NCBI GenBank assembly: GCA_964351405.1
Contig: CAYGOE010000002.1
Location: 7,925 to 71,924, forward strand
DNA from: an uncultured Muribaculaceae bacterium
GTDB taxonomy: Bacteria > Bacteroidota > Bacteroidia > Bacteroidales > UBA932
Length of the DNA: 64,000 bases
Direction of reading: 5' to 3'
Positions 32,916-42,564 of this stretch are shown here, in pieces. Numbering within the stretch: position 1 is the stretch's first letter; every line of letters begins with the position of its first letter. A program made the position numbers and the translations under genes. The notes beneath the pieces are model-generated. The model was not told where the DNA came from. It did no database searches and saw nothing but the letters and a program-made list of their open reading frames with translations.

Positions 32916-34982
32916 ATGAACAGCAACTTTAAACGTCACCTAATCACCGCAGCTCTGCCCTATGCAAACGGAGCAGTACATATTGGTCATCTTGCAGGGG
33001 TATATATTCCTGCCGACATCTATGCAAGATACCTGCGAATGCGCGGTGAGGATGTGCGCTTTATATGCGGTTCGGACGAGCACGGTGTTCCAATCACCAT
33101 CAAGGCAAAGCAGAACAACTGCACTCCACAGGAGATAGTGGACAAATATCACCTTATCATTAAGGACTCATTTGAAAGACTTGGAATCAGTTTTGACATC
33201 TACTCCCGGACAAGCTCTGCAATACACCATAAAACAGCATCTGAGTTCTTTAAAAAGCTATATACAGAGGGAAAGTTCATTGAGAGGGAGAGTGAACAGT
33301 ATTATGATGAGCAGGCAAAGCAGTTTCTTGCAGACAGATATATCTGCGGGACCTGTCCTAAATGTATGGCAGAGGGGGCATACGGCGACCAGTGCGAGAA
33401 GTGTGGAAGTACCCTTAGCCCTACCGAACTTATCAATCCAAAATCTACCCTTAGCGGCAACATTCCTGTTATGAAGAGCACCTCTCACTGGTATCTCCCT
33501 CTTGACCAGTACGAATCCTGGCTCAAGGAGTGGATTCTGGAGGGGCATAAAGAGTGGAAGGTGAATGTTTACGGGCAGTGTAAATCGTGGCTGGACGGAG
33601 GTCTTCAGCCAAGGGCTGTGAGTCGTGACTTGGACTGGGGAGTTCCGGTTCCGGTGGATGGTGCAGACGGAAAGGTTCTCTACGTTTGGTTTGATGCTCC
33701 CATAGGGTATATCTCCAACACTATAGAGCTTATGCCAAATGATTGGGAGAGATGGTGGAAGAGTGAAGATACCAAGCTTGTACACTTTATCGGTAAAGAC
33801 AATATTGTTTTCCACTGTATTGTTTTTCCCGCTATGCTCAAAGCACACGGCGACGGTTACATCCTTCCGGAAAATGTGCCTGCAAATGAGTTCCTCAACC
33901 TTGAGAGCAATAAAATATCCACCTCCCGTAACTGGGCAGTGTGGCTCCACGAATATCTGGACGAGTTCCCGGGAAAGGAGGATGTCTTGAGATATGTACT
34001 CTGTGCAAATGCTCCAGAGACAAAGGATAACGACTTCACCTGGAGAGATTTTCAGACCAGAAACAATAGCGAGCTGGTAGGAATTTTTGGGAATTTCGTA
34101 AACCGGGCTGTCGTTCTCACCCACAAATATTTTGAAGGGGAGACACCTGCATCACTAAATAGTTTAGCCATCGATGAAGAAGTTCTGGCTCAGATTCCTA
34201 TCCTAAAAAAGAGCATTGAGGAGAATCTTGAAACCTACAAGTTTCGCGAAGCTCTTCGCGAGGCTATGAATCTGGCTCGTCTTGGTAACAAATATCTTAC
34301 AGATACAGAGCCCTGGAAGGTTGCCAAAACAGATACTGAGAGGGTTGCAACCATTCTCAATATCTCACTGCAGATATGTGCCAACCTTGCAATAGCATTT
34401 GAACCGATACTTCCGCATACGACCAAGAAGCTGCGCTATATACTCAATATGAAAACCAGCCGTTGGGAAGAGTTCGGGAATATCTCTATTCTTCATCCCG
34501 GTCATAAACTCAATGAGGCAACTCTGCTTTTTGAAAAGATTGAAGATAGCGAAATAGAGTTTCAGGTGGCAAAACTACAGGCGACCAAAAGTTCAAACGA
34601 TACTCGGCAGGCAGACTCTTCTCCTATCACCACACTATATGCCGAACCACTAAAAACGGAGTGCACATATGACCAGTTTTCGCAGATGGATATCCGTACT
34701 GCAACCGTTCTTAAGGCAGAGAGGGTGCCAAAAACCGATAAGCTTCTTAAACTGACGATAGATACCGGTCTTGATATTCGCACCATAGTTTCAGGAATAG
34801 CAGAGTACTACTCTCCGGAGGTGATGGCAGGTAAACAGATCTGCATTCTAGCAAACCTGGCTCCAAGAAAGATTAAAGGAATCGAATCCAAAGGTATGAT
34901 TCTTATGGCCAAAGAGGAGAACGGCAAAATGAAAGTTGTAAGCCCCGAAGAGAGGTTGGAGAACGGTTCTACAATCAGCTGA
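32916..34982 (+). CDS. metG: Methionine--tRNA ligase
   Basis: ALPYANG..HIGH, zinc knuckle, KISTS, C-terminal tRNA-binding domain. Confidence 0.98.
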   Translation: MNSNFKRHLITAALPYANGAVHIGHLAGVYIPADIYARYLRMRGEDVRFICGSDEHGVPITIKAKQNNCTPQEIVDKYHLIIKDSFERLGISFDIYSRTSSAIHHKTASEFFKKLYTEGKFIERESEQYYDEQAKQFLADRYICGTCPKCMAEGAYGDQCEKCGSTLSPTELINPKSTLSGNIPVMKSTSHWYLPLDQYESWLKEWILEGHKEWKVNVYGQCKSWLDGGLQPRAVSRDLDWGVPVPVDGADGKVLYVWFDAPIGYISNTIELMPNDWERWWKSEDTKLVHFIGKDNIVFHCIVFPAMLKAHGDGYILPENVPANEFLNLESNKISTSRNWAVWLHEYLDEFPGKEDVLRYVLCANAPETKDNDFTWRDFQTRNNSELVGIFGNFVNRAVVLTHKYFEGETPASLNSLAIDEEVLAQIPILKKSIEENLETYKFREALREAMNLARLGNKYLTDTEPWKVAKTDTERVATILNISLQICANLAIAFEPILPHTTKKLRYILNMKTSRWEEFGNISILHPGHKLNEATLLFEKIEDSEIEFQVAKLQATKSSNDTRQADSSPITTLYAEPLKTECTYDQFSQMDIRTATVLKAERVPKTDKLLKLTIDTGLDIRTIVSGIAEYYSPEVMAGKQICILANLAPRKIKGIESKGMILMAKEENGKMKVVSPEERLENGSTIS

Positions 34983-35970
34983 GTTTGAGTATCTCTCTCT
35001 CCTCTTTTGAGTAGAGTATCCACTCAAGTATCGGGCGGAGATCATCCTTGAATACTATCAAAAGTGCAATAACTGCAATAAGCAGGAGTACCACTACCAT
35101 AATGGCTATAACCCTCTTCACAAACTTGCTGCCCCCTTTTTTTACAGGCTCTACGGCTACCTCTCTATTCGACACCGTACGTGGGGTTGGTGCAGGTGTA
35201 ATTGCGGGCTTTTGAACAGGCTTCGGCTGTGGTACTGGAGTTATAATCGGAACAGGTTGTGGTTTAGGAGCAGCAACAGGCTCAGGTGCTGGAGTTGCAT
35301 CTTCATCTATTGAGATTAGGTCATCAAGACCTATTTTGCTATTATCCGAAGAGTGCTCCGATGTAGAGAGCTCTTCAATTTGTGATTCTAATATCTCCTC
35401 AGGATCAAACTCCAGTGAGCCTGCCTCCTCTATAATACTCTCAATATCTGTTCCCATTGCGGACAATCCCAAAAGATCATTAGGTATCCCTTTGAAGAAC
35501 CTCTCAACAGGTTTACCTGTAAGCTTCTCTACCTCCCCTTTTTTGGAAAGTATTTTGATATTAATAGGGGCAAGACCGAAACCCTCCACGTAATTAAAAA
35601 GATCTTTATCTGCAACAAAGAAATAGTCATTCTGCTCGGTGGCTCTCATAGTGCCGAACCCGGTGATCTTATAGGTTTTGTTAGTGCTTAGATCTACCTT
35701 AAGCCTTTTAACAAACTCGGAGATCTCGTGCTTTGCAATCTCCTCAGCTACTCCCCTCTCCTTTGCATATCTGTTTTCTAAAAGACCATCATTCCAGCTC
35801 TCACTGGAACGAAACAGTATTCTCCTGAATGGGGGGTGAATAACCAATGCTCTGTCGGAAAAGACAGATGGCGCCATCTCTGCAATAAAACTTCCCATAC
35901 CCGGAAGCGATACTCTTTCATTTTCGAGTATAAGCTCCTTGAGAATATTTGAGAAAAGGGTAATATCCAT
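34975..35970 (-). CDS. HU-like (HU-CCDC81) domain protein with Pro-rich linker and C-terminal TM
   Basis: V.LPGMGSF and GFGT HU-like repeats, acidic and Pro-rich linker, C-terminal hydrophobic helix. Confidence 0.65.
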   Translation of the reverse strand: MDITLFSNILKELILENERVSLPGMGSFIAEMAPSVFSDRALVIHPPFRRILFRSSESWNDGLLENRYAKERGVAEEIAKHEISEFVKRLKVDLSTNKTYKITGFGTMRATEQNDYFFVADKDLFNYVEGFGLAPINIKILSKKGEVEKLTGKPVERFFKGIPNDLLGLSAMGTDIESIIEEAGSLEFDPEEILESQIEELSTSEHSSDNSKIGLDDLISIDEDATPAPEPVAAPKPQPVPIITPVPQPKPVQKPAITPAPTPRTVSNREVAVEPVKKGGSKFVKRVIAIMVVVLLLIAVIALLIVFKDDLRPILEWILYSKEEREILKLS

Positions 35971-36052
35971 ATTTGGTTGCTATTGTGCAAAGTTAAAAAA
36001 AATGTAACTAAAATGATGATATTTTAAAAATCTCAAAAATTGTGATAAAAGA

Positions 36053-36084
36053 TTTGCAGTTTTATAAAATTCCGTTTACATTTG
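36053..36084 (+). promoter_or_regulatory. Bacteroidetes sigma-A promoter of tRNA-Asn
   Basis: TTTG (36053-36056) and TACATTTG (36077-36084), 20-nt spacing. Confidence 0.75.
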
Positions 36085-36109
36085 CAGTCCCAAAAAGGGA
36101 AAGACAAAT

Positions 36110-36183
36110 TCCTCGTTAGCTCAGTTGGTTAGAGCACCTGACTGTTAATCAGGGGGTCCTAGGTTCAAGTCCTAGACGAGGAG
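36110..36183 (+). tRNA. tRNA-Asn (GTT)
   Basis: TCCTCGT/ACGAGGA acceptor stem, AGCTCAGTTGGTTAGAGC D-arm, CTGTTAA anticodon loop, GGTTCAAGTCC T-arm. Confidence 0.97.
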
Positions 36184-36184
36184 C

Positions 36185-36225
36185 AAAAAAGGGTTACAAA
36201 GATATAATTTTGTAACTCTTTTTTT
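36185..36225 (+). terminator. Intrinsic terminator after tRNA-Asn
   Basis: AAAAAAGGGTTACAAA...TTTGTAACTCTTTTTTT hairpin with U-tract. Confidence 0.85.
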
Positions 36226-36309
36226 AGACATTACGCAAGAGTGTCAAGTGATGAAGTCAAAACGGTTTTATAACTCTTTCCCCAAAAATTATCCTATCGC
36301 AATTTTCAC

Positions 36310-36359
36310 TATATTTGAGAAGTAGAAATGATAAACTAACCCTTACATATTTAGTTTAT
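36310..36359 (+). promoter_or_regulatory. Putative purK promoter (-7 box) followed by an inverted repeat
   Basis: TATATTTG at 36310-36317; ATAAACTAA-N11-TTAGTTTAT at 36331-36359. Confidence 0.5.
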
Positions 36360-36422
36360 TTAATTGAAAACCATATCGTTACCAAATATAATTAAAGAAA
36401 CCGCCATATCAAGAAAATTACG

Positions 36423-37592
36423 ATGGAGAGATTAGTAACATCAAATTTGAAACTAGGAATTATTGCAGGTGGACAACTTGGTAAAATGCTTATTCAGGAA
36501 GCAAGCAAGTGGGACATAAAAACTTATGTTCTGGACAACGATGAGAATTGCCCTGCAGGGAGTATAGCCTCCTGTTTTATTAAGGGTAGTAGTTTGGATT
36601 TTGAATCTGTTTATCAATTTGGAAAATTGGTAGATGTATTAACCTTTGAAATTGAAAATGTGAATATTGAAGCACTAAATAAACTTAAAGCAGAAGGCCA
36701 TAGAGTTGTACCTGATCCTAAAGTTTTAGAATTAATTCAGGATAAAGGGTTGCAAAAAAAATTTTATGAAAAGAATGGAATTCCAACATCTGCCTATAAA
36801 ATTTATGATTCCAAAACAGCAATTTTGAATGGTCTCGAAAAAGGGGAAATTAATTTCCCTTTTGTGCAAAAATTAAGGAGGGGAGGATATGACGGACGTG
36901 GAGTAGCAGTTATAAACGACAGAGGCAATTTGATAAGATTACTTTCAGGAGCATCAGTAATTGAAGAGAAAGTAGAGATAGTAAAGGAGATCTCAGCAAT
37001 TGTAGCTCGCAATAGAAACGGTGAAATTAAATGCTATCCTATTGTTGAAATGCTTTTTGACCCCATTGCAAATCTTGTTGACAAATTAATTTGCCCTTCT
37101 TCTATATCAGTTGAACAATCGGAAAAAGCGGTTATTTTTGCAAGTGAAATTATTGAATTGCTGGAAATGGAAGGACTGCTTGCTGTTGAGTTCTTTATAG
37201 ACTCAAAAGGCGATGTTATTGTCAACGAAGTTGCTCCCCGTGTGCATAATAGCGGCCATCACACTATTGAAAGCGTAATTACATCACAGTTTGAGCAACA
37301 TCTGCGTGCAATATTAAATTTGCCATTGGGAAGTACAAAACTTAAACTTCCCTCTGTGATGATAAATATTTTAGGAGAAGAGGGCTACGAAGGAGCAGTT
37401 ATATATGAAGGATTGACCGAGAGTATGGCAATTGATGGAGTAAAGATCCATTTATACGGAAAAAAAATTACTAAACCCTACCGAAAAATGGGACACGTAA
37501 CTATTCTTTCGTCATCTCTGGAGTGTGCACAAAAAAAGGCAGATCAAGTGAAACAATTAATAAGGGTAAAATCATGGAAAGAGAATCTGTAG
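36423..37592 (+). CDS. purK: N5-carboxyaminoimidazole ribonucleotide synthase
   Basis: GGQLGKM, TFEIE, IQDK, GYDGRG, NEVAPRVHNSGH, LYGK...P.RKMGHV. Confidence 0.96.
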   Translation: MERLVTSNLKLGIIAGGQLGKMLIQEASKWDIKTYVLDNDENCPAGSIASCFIKGSSLDFESVYQFGKLVDVLTFEIENVNIEALNKLKAEGHRVVPDPKVLELIQDKGLQKKFYEKNGIPTSAYKIYDSKTAILNGLEKGEINFPFVQKLRRGGYDGRGVAVINDRGNLIRLLSGASVIEEKVEIVKEISAIVARNRNGEIKCYPIVEMLFDPIANLVDKLICPSSISVEQSEKAVIFASEIIELLEMEGLLAVEFFIDSKGDVIVNEVAPRVHNSGHHTIESVITSQFEQHLRAILNLPLGSTKLKLPSVMINILGEEGYEGAVIYEGLTESMAIDGVKIHLYGKKITKPYRKMGHVTILSSSLECAQKKADQVKQLIRVKSWKENL

Positions 37593-38248
37593 GCACAGTA
37601 ACAGAATGGACAGTTAATTGTGCAACCTCCTCCAAAATCGTTTCTGGAGAGGGTAGTAAGAGCATCTTCACAGAAAAATATTTATTTTTCTTAACTCTGT
37701 TAATTCTATTTAACACCCACGGATTTTCCCAATCAAAATATGAAAAAGAGTTTCGCATTAAGGAGTCAGATGTACCATTAAGTGCTCTCTCATTTGTTGA
37801 CTCTATGAACTTTGATGTTAAAGTTAAATGGTATAAGGAAGTCGGGTTAAACCATATAACAATTGAGGCTAAAGCAATTACAAAAAAAGAGAGGTATAGC
37901 ATAGAGTTTTGTGAGAATGGAATATTCCAGGATATCGAAATTGAAGTAGATCCAAGTAAAATATCTTATAGCATCTATTCAAAAATAACAGGGATTTTAA
38001 CTCTACGGCATAAAAAATATAAAATTGAGAAAATTCAATTGCAGTATAACGGAGACAGAGGTGCAACTCTGAAGTTTTTGAGAGAAAAAAGAAGGAATTC
38101 AGAGGGTATAACAATGAGCTACGAGGTTGTTATCTCTACAAAAATGGAGGGGAATTTTCTGATGCTCGAATATTTGTTTTCAGAAAAAGGCGAATTTGTA
38201 CAAAGCAACCAAATAGTTTCAAAAAGAAAAGATACGATTGATCACTAA
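37574..38248 (+). CDS. Hypothetical secreted protein, possibly PepSY-like; N-terminus uncertain
   Basis: Signal-like KYLFFLTLLILFNTHGFS-Q begins about 35 aa after the ATG; repeated W..E / YSIEF...G / EYLF...G pattern. Confidence 0.55.
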   Translation: MERESVGTVTEWTVNCATSSKIVSGEGSKSIFTEKYLFFLTLLILFNTHGFSQSKYEKEFRIKESDVPLSALSFVDSMNFDVKVKWYKEVGLNHITIEAKAITKKERYSIEFCENGIFQDIEIEVDPSKISYSIYSKITGILTLRHKKYKIEKIQLQYNGDRGATLKFLREKRRNSEGITMSYEVVISTKMEGNFLMLEYLFSEKGEFVQSNQIVSKRKDTIDH

Positions 38249-38250
38249 AT

Positions 38251-38913
38251 ATGAAAAGAATCCCTATTATTCTCATTCTTTTTGCAATGTCGGCTATTTG
38301 CAATGCACAAACCAGCAATCAATACGGAATTATACCGTCAATAAATTTACTTAAGCAATTCCCTAAAAACTGGACAACAAATTTTAAAGTTGAATCAAGA
38401 CAATCTTTTTATAACCAAACGCTGAAATATGACTATTTACTAACAGAGGTCTCCTTGGTAATAACAAAACGGATTGCGACAAATATCACAGTAGGCACCG
38501 GTTATTTGATAAGAGCAGAAGGTGATGAATTAAAAAACAGAGCGATACAACAGATTAGTTTTGGCAAAAAATATCCTGGCTTTCGAATAGCACACAGGAT
38601 AATGACAGATCAAACTTTTGGAAGGAATAACGACACGGAACTTAGATTACGTTACCGTATATCATCTGAAATCCCCCTGGAAGGAGAGGCAATTGATGTA
38701 AAAGAGTTTTATCTTAAAATCAATAATGAATATCTTAATTCCTGGCAAAAAAATGATTACGATCTGGAAATCAGATGTGGAGCTTTATTTGGTTATTCTA
38801 TCTCATCAATAAATGATTTGGAAATTGGCATAGACTATAGGTTAGATTCATTTATCATTGGAAATACAAGAAACAGAATCTGGCTAAACATAAACTTCTT
38901 TCATTCGTTATGA
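38251..38913 (+). CDS. DUF2490-like outer-membrane beta-barrel protein
   Basis: Signal peptide; alternating aromatic strands; G.GY, HR..DQ, RLRYR, NNE.L, E.G.DYR. Confidence 0.65.
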   Translation: MKRIPIILILFAMSAICNAQTSNQYGIIPSINLLKQFPKNWTTNFKVESRQSFYNQTLKYDYLLTEVSLVITKRIATNITVGTGYLIRAEGDELKNRAIQQISFGKKYPGFRIAHRIMTDQTFGRNNDTELRLRYRISSEIPLEGEAIDVKEFYLKINNEYLNSWQKNDYDLEIRCGALFGYSISSINDLEIGIDYRLDSFIIGNTRNRIWLNINFFHSL

Positions 38914-38972
38914 AATAACTAGAAATAAATACTTAAAAACTTAAATCAGTATTAACCTAAACTAAATGAATT

Positions 38973-39254
38973 ATGGTAAAAGTTTTACGAATTATCCTCT
39001 TGGTTGCTGTGTCAACTTGTGTTTTTTACTCTTGTGGAGATTTGAATCGAAAAGTTGATGAACAATTTGATAAACTAATAAAAAAAACCGAAACTTTAGA
39101 CTCATTGATTAACAAAGAATTTGGCAAGGCTTTACAGCTTGATTCTCTTATTGACACCGGAAGTGAAAAGGCAAAAAAGCTGGACTCCCTAATTGATAAA
39201 TCAACGTCAAAATTGGATTCGTTGGTAAAAAAGAGGGTGAATTCCAATAAATAG
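38973..39254 (+). CDS. Small helical-repeat lipoprotein
   Basis: Lipobox FYSC; four LDSL(I/V) repeats. Confidence 0.7.
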   Translation: MVKVLRIILLVAVSTCVFYSCGDLNRKVDEQFDKLIKKTETLDSLINKEFGKALQLDSLIDTGSEKAKKLDSLIDKSTSKLDSLVKKRVNSNK

Positions 39255-39281
39255 TATTTAATAATTTAATTTTTAATTGAT

Positions 39282-39530
39282 ATGAAATGTCCTAATTGTA
39301 ACGTAAATCTTGTTATGACAGACCGAAGTGGTATTGAAATTGATTACTGTCCTGATTGCAGAGGTGTTTGGCTCGACCGGGGTGAGCTTGATAAAATTAT
39401 TGAGCGCTCTTCGAACAATGTTAGGAGTAGCTCGGATGCAAATTTTACCGGGAATAATTATCATTCCAAGGAGAGCGATTATCGCATCAAAAAAAAGAGA
39501 GGTATATTAGGTGAAATATTTGATTTTTAG
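39282..39530 (+). CDS. zf-TFIIB zinc-ribbon protein
   Basis: MKCPNC...EIDYCPDCRGVWLDRGELDKII...KKR..L.E.FDF. Confidence 0.9.
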   Translation: MKCPNCNVNLVMTDRSGIEIDYCPDCRGVWLDRGELDKIIERSSNNVRSSSDANFTGNNYHSKESDYRIKKKRGILGEIFDF

Positions 39531-39578
39531 ATCTCTAAGATAATTAAAATTTGAAACCAAATTATAAAAAACACAATA

Positions 39579-40070
39579 GTGAATAGAGTAATAGTAAGCA
39601 TAGTGATGGGGTCTGCCTCCGATTTACCCATAATGGAACAAGCTGCCGAAATGCTTGATAAATTTGGTATCGGATATGAAATTGATATAGTTTCGGCACA
39701 TCGAACACCGGAAAAATTATATGAATTTGCATCGAATGCGCATAGTCGGGGAATTGCTGCAATAATTGCCGGAGCAGGCGGTGCAGCCCATCTGCCAGGT
39801 ATGGTGGCTGCCATTTCTCCACTGCCTGTAATAGGTGTTCCAATAAAGTCGAGTAATTCCATAGATGGTTGGGATTCCATTCTTTCCATTCTGCAAATGC
39901 CTGTTGGAGTGCCTGTTGCAACGGTCGCGCTGAACGGCGCAAAAAACGCAGGTATTTTTGCGGCTCAGATTTTGTCGGTAATGGATAATTCATTACAGGA
40001 TAAAATTTTACAATATAAACAAGAATTAAAAGAACAGGTAATCTTGAAGTCAAAGAGTCTTAAAGCATAG
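39579..40070 (+). CDS. purE: N5-carboxyaminoimidazole ribonucleotide mutase
   Basis: MGS.SD, VSAHRTP, AGAGGAAHLPGM, QMP.GVPVATV; GTG start. Confidence 0.97.
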   Translation: MNRVIVSIVMGSASDLPIMEQAAEMLDKFGIGYEIDIVSAHRTPEKLYEFASNAHSRGIAAIIAGAGGAAHLPGMVAAISPLPVIGVPIKSSNSIDGWDSILSILQMPVGVPVATVALNGAKNAGIFAAQILSVMDNSLQDKILQYKQELKEQVILKSKSLKA

Positions 40071-40119
40071 TTTTTGGGTATTTTGTGATGACTACAACCC
40101 TTGAAACAGGAAGAGCTAT

Positions 40120-41274
40120 ATGAGGAAAATTTTAACAGTATTAGCTTCATTTATTATTATGCTTTGTATAGGCAGCGTATATGCCTGGAGCATAATTGCC
40201 GCAGAACTAATTGACAAATATGAGTTTACTCTCTCTCAGTCTCAGTTAATCTTTGGAACTCTAATTGCAGTATTTCCTGTAACAATGATTTTTGTTGGTC
40301 AATTAGGAAGAGAGCTGAAGCATAGATTTGTCGGCTATATATCGAGCTTACTGTTCTTTTTAGGATATTTTATAGCCAGTAGTTCTGAAGGAAATTTTAT
40401 AATAATTTTTATAGGCATTGGCGTTCTTGCCGGAGTTGCCACAGGTTTCGGTTATTGGATTGCTCTTACTTTGCCTGTTCAATGGTTTCCGGAAAGAAAA
40501 GGTCTTATCGCAGGCATAGCAGCAGCAGGTTTTGGTTTGGGAGCAGTATTTATGTCGGAAATATCAGAAATATTGCTGGATAGTGGCTATAATCTGCTGC
40601 AATTGTTTAGGATTATCGGCATATCATATGGTTTGATAATTTTTATATCATCAAATCTAATTTTCCAAATTCAAACCAAATCCGGCAATAGTAAAGAATT
40701 CGCTAAAGCAAGAGATTTTATAAATTCAAAAAAATTCAGAATACTTTTTCTCGGTATATTCCTCGGAACTTTTGCCGGGTTGCTTATTATTGGGAGCTTA
40801 AACATTATTGGCAGTAAATATAATATCTCTAATCACAACCTGGTTCTTGGAGTTGCACTTTTTGCCATTGCAAACTTTGCCGGCAGGCTTATATGGGGGG
40901 TTTTAAGTGACCATATAGGAGCAAACTTAAGTATATTTTTGGCTCTTTTATTTCAATCAATCTCAATTATTTCATTGAATATTTTTACCTTATCAGATAT
41001 TTCGTATATAATTCTTGCCTTTTTTATTGGTTTTGGATTTGGTGGTAACTTCGTTCTTTTTGCCAAAGAGACGGCTCAGGTTTATGGGGTTAAAAATTTA
41101 GGTGTAATTTATCCTTACGTATTTATAGGATATGCAATAGCAGGTATTGCAGGGCCCATAAGCAGTGGATTTTTGTACGATCTTTCCGGCTCTTTCTACT
41201 ATGCAATTATTCTGGCAAGTTTAATGAGTCTTGTTGGAAGCCTTCTGTTTTTGAAGCAATTTTTGAAATACTAA
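40120..41274 (+). CDS. MFS transporter, OFA (oxalate/formate antiporter)-like
   Basis: GSVYAWS, WFPERKGL..G....GFG.G, N..GRL.WG.LSD.IG. Confidence 0.82.
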   Translation: MRKILTVLASFIIMLCIGSVYAWSIIAAELIDKYEFTLSQSQLIFGTLIAVFPVTMIFVGQLGRELKHRFVGYISSLLFFLGYFIASSSEGNFIIIFIGIGVLAGVATGFGYWIALTLPVQWFPERKGLIAGIAAAGFGLGAVFMSEISEILLDSGYNLLQLFRIIGISYGLIIFISSNLIFQIQTKSGNSKEFAKARDFINSKKFRILFLGIFLGTFAGLLIIGSLNIIGSKYNISNHNLVLGVALFAIANFAGRLIWGVLSDHIGANLSIFLALLFQSISIISLNIFTLSDISYIILAFFIGFGFGGNFVLFAKETAQVYGVKNLGVIYPYVFIGYAIAGIAGPISSGFLYDLSGSFYYAIILASLMSLVGSLLFLKQFLKY

Positions 41275-41340
41275 TTCCCCGATATATTTCTCAAATCTAT
41301 TTAAACCTTTAGAGAATAATTTGTACATTTATCACATAAC

Positions 41341-42564
41341 TTGAATAATGTGAAACAAAGAGTAGTTCTAAAGTCAACAATGTCGGGGAGAGAGTACCCG
41401 ATAGAGATGCTAGAGGAGTTTTCACCCGATGGTGAATCGCTCGAGGTAGTTCAAAAAAACTCTACGCCACCAGTGCTTATGAGAGGGAGAACACTTTACG
41501 AGCGGTTTGCCCAATTTCTACCATTTGAAACAGATCTTGGCACTATATCATTAGGCGAGGGTAACACTCCTCTTATTGAAGCAGATGATAAACTTAAAAA
41601 GTATACCGGCATCTCCAATCTGCTCTTGAAAAACGAGACTCAAAACCCCACCTGGAGTTTTAAAGACAGGGGGTCTCTGGCTTGTATTGCGATGGCAGCA
41701 GAGATGGGAGAGATGGTTACTGCAACAATCTCCACCGGGAATATGGGTAACTCAATTGCCGCATATGGTGCAAAATCTGGTGTAAAAGTGGTGGTTTTTG
41801 TTCCTCACTACACACCGGTAGAGAAGGTGAAGGCTATGGGGATACACGGTGCTAAAGTGATAAAGGTTTCTGCGCCGGACTATTCTCAGATGAAGAGAAA
41901 AGTTCTCTCTCTGGCAGGTAAACTGAACCTAAGAATCGTATCGGGTAACGGCCCAATAAGGGTTGAGGGGTATAAATTAACTGCATTTGAACTTTTTGAT
42001 CAGATGGGAGCTGAGTTCAACTCGGTTCCGGATTATATTGCGGTTCCAACATCTGCTTGTGGCCATATCAGGGGTATTTTCAAAGGTTACCGTGAGTTGA
42101 TGGGTGCGGGTATTATTGGTAAGTTGCCTAAAATGATTATTGTTCAGGCTGCAAATAACAGTCCTATTGTATCTGCAATTGAGCAAGGGCTTAAAGAAAT
42201 TGTCCCTTTTTCCGGATTTCATACTGTTGCCGAAGCTATAACATCCGGGAATCCGCAAGGTGGAGATGAGATTATAGATAAAGCATACAGGTACGGCTGG
42301 CTGGCAGAGAGTGTAACCGAGGAGGAGATAATTGAGTCGCAGAGGAGAGTTGCAGAGAGTGGCTATTTTGTGGAACCGGCATCTGCTACTTCGCTTTGTG
42401 CAGTAAAAAAACTTAGAGATAGGGGCTTAATAGAAAAAGATGCAAAGGTCATTATTGTTCTTACAGGGTCCGGGCTAAAAGATACAGATGCGTTCCGTTA
42501 CCACAAAACTGACGAAACAGATATTGACATTGATGATTTGGAAAAACTCACAGGATTTAACTAA
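41341..42564 (+). CDS. Threonine synthase-like PLP-dependent enzyme (fold type II)
   Basis: LGEGNTPL, NPTWSFKDRG (PLP Lys), STGN, VEPASA, LTGSGLK; start TTG 41341 or GTG 41350. Confidence 0.85.
   Translation: MNNVKQRVVLKSTMSGREYPIEMLEEFSPDGESLEVVQKNSTPPVLMRGRTLYERFAQFLPFETDLGTISLGEGNTPLIEADDKLKKYTGISNLLLKNETQNPTWSFKDRGSLACIAMAAEMGEMVTATISTGNMGNSIAAYGAKSGVKVVVFVPHYTPVEKVKAMGIHGAKVIKVSAPDYSQMKRKVLSLAGKLNLRIVSGNGPIRVEGYKLTAFELFDQMGAEFNSVPDYIAVPTSACGHIRGIFKGYRELMGAGIIGKLPKMIIVQAANNSPIVSAIEQGLKEIVPFSGFHTVAEAITSGNPQGGDEIIDKAYRYGWLAESVTEEEIIESQRRVAESGYFVEPASATSLCAVKKLRDRGLIEKDAKVIIVLTGSGLKDTDAFRYHKTDETDIDIDDLEKLTGFN

Noticed and set aside
33258-34124. Long antisense ORFs (288 aa within metG; also 49768-50490 within hydA and 2927-3478 within leuS)
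   Set aside because: Shadow frames of well-conserved genes with no motifs of their own.
36226-36422. Purine or ZTP riboswitch upstream of purK
   Set aside because: No recognisable consensus; the region is AT-rich with a single hairpin.
36110-41340. Active integrative element at tRNA-Asn
   Set aside because: No integrase, transposase or duplicated tRNA 3' end found by eye; treated only as a compositional islet.
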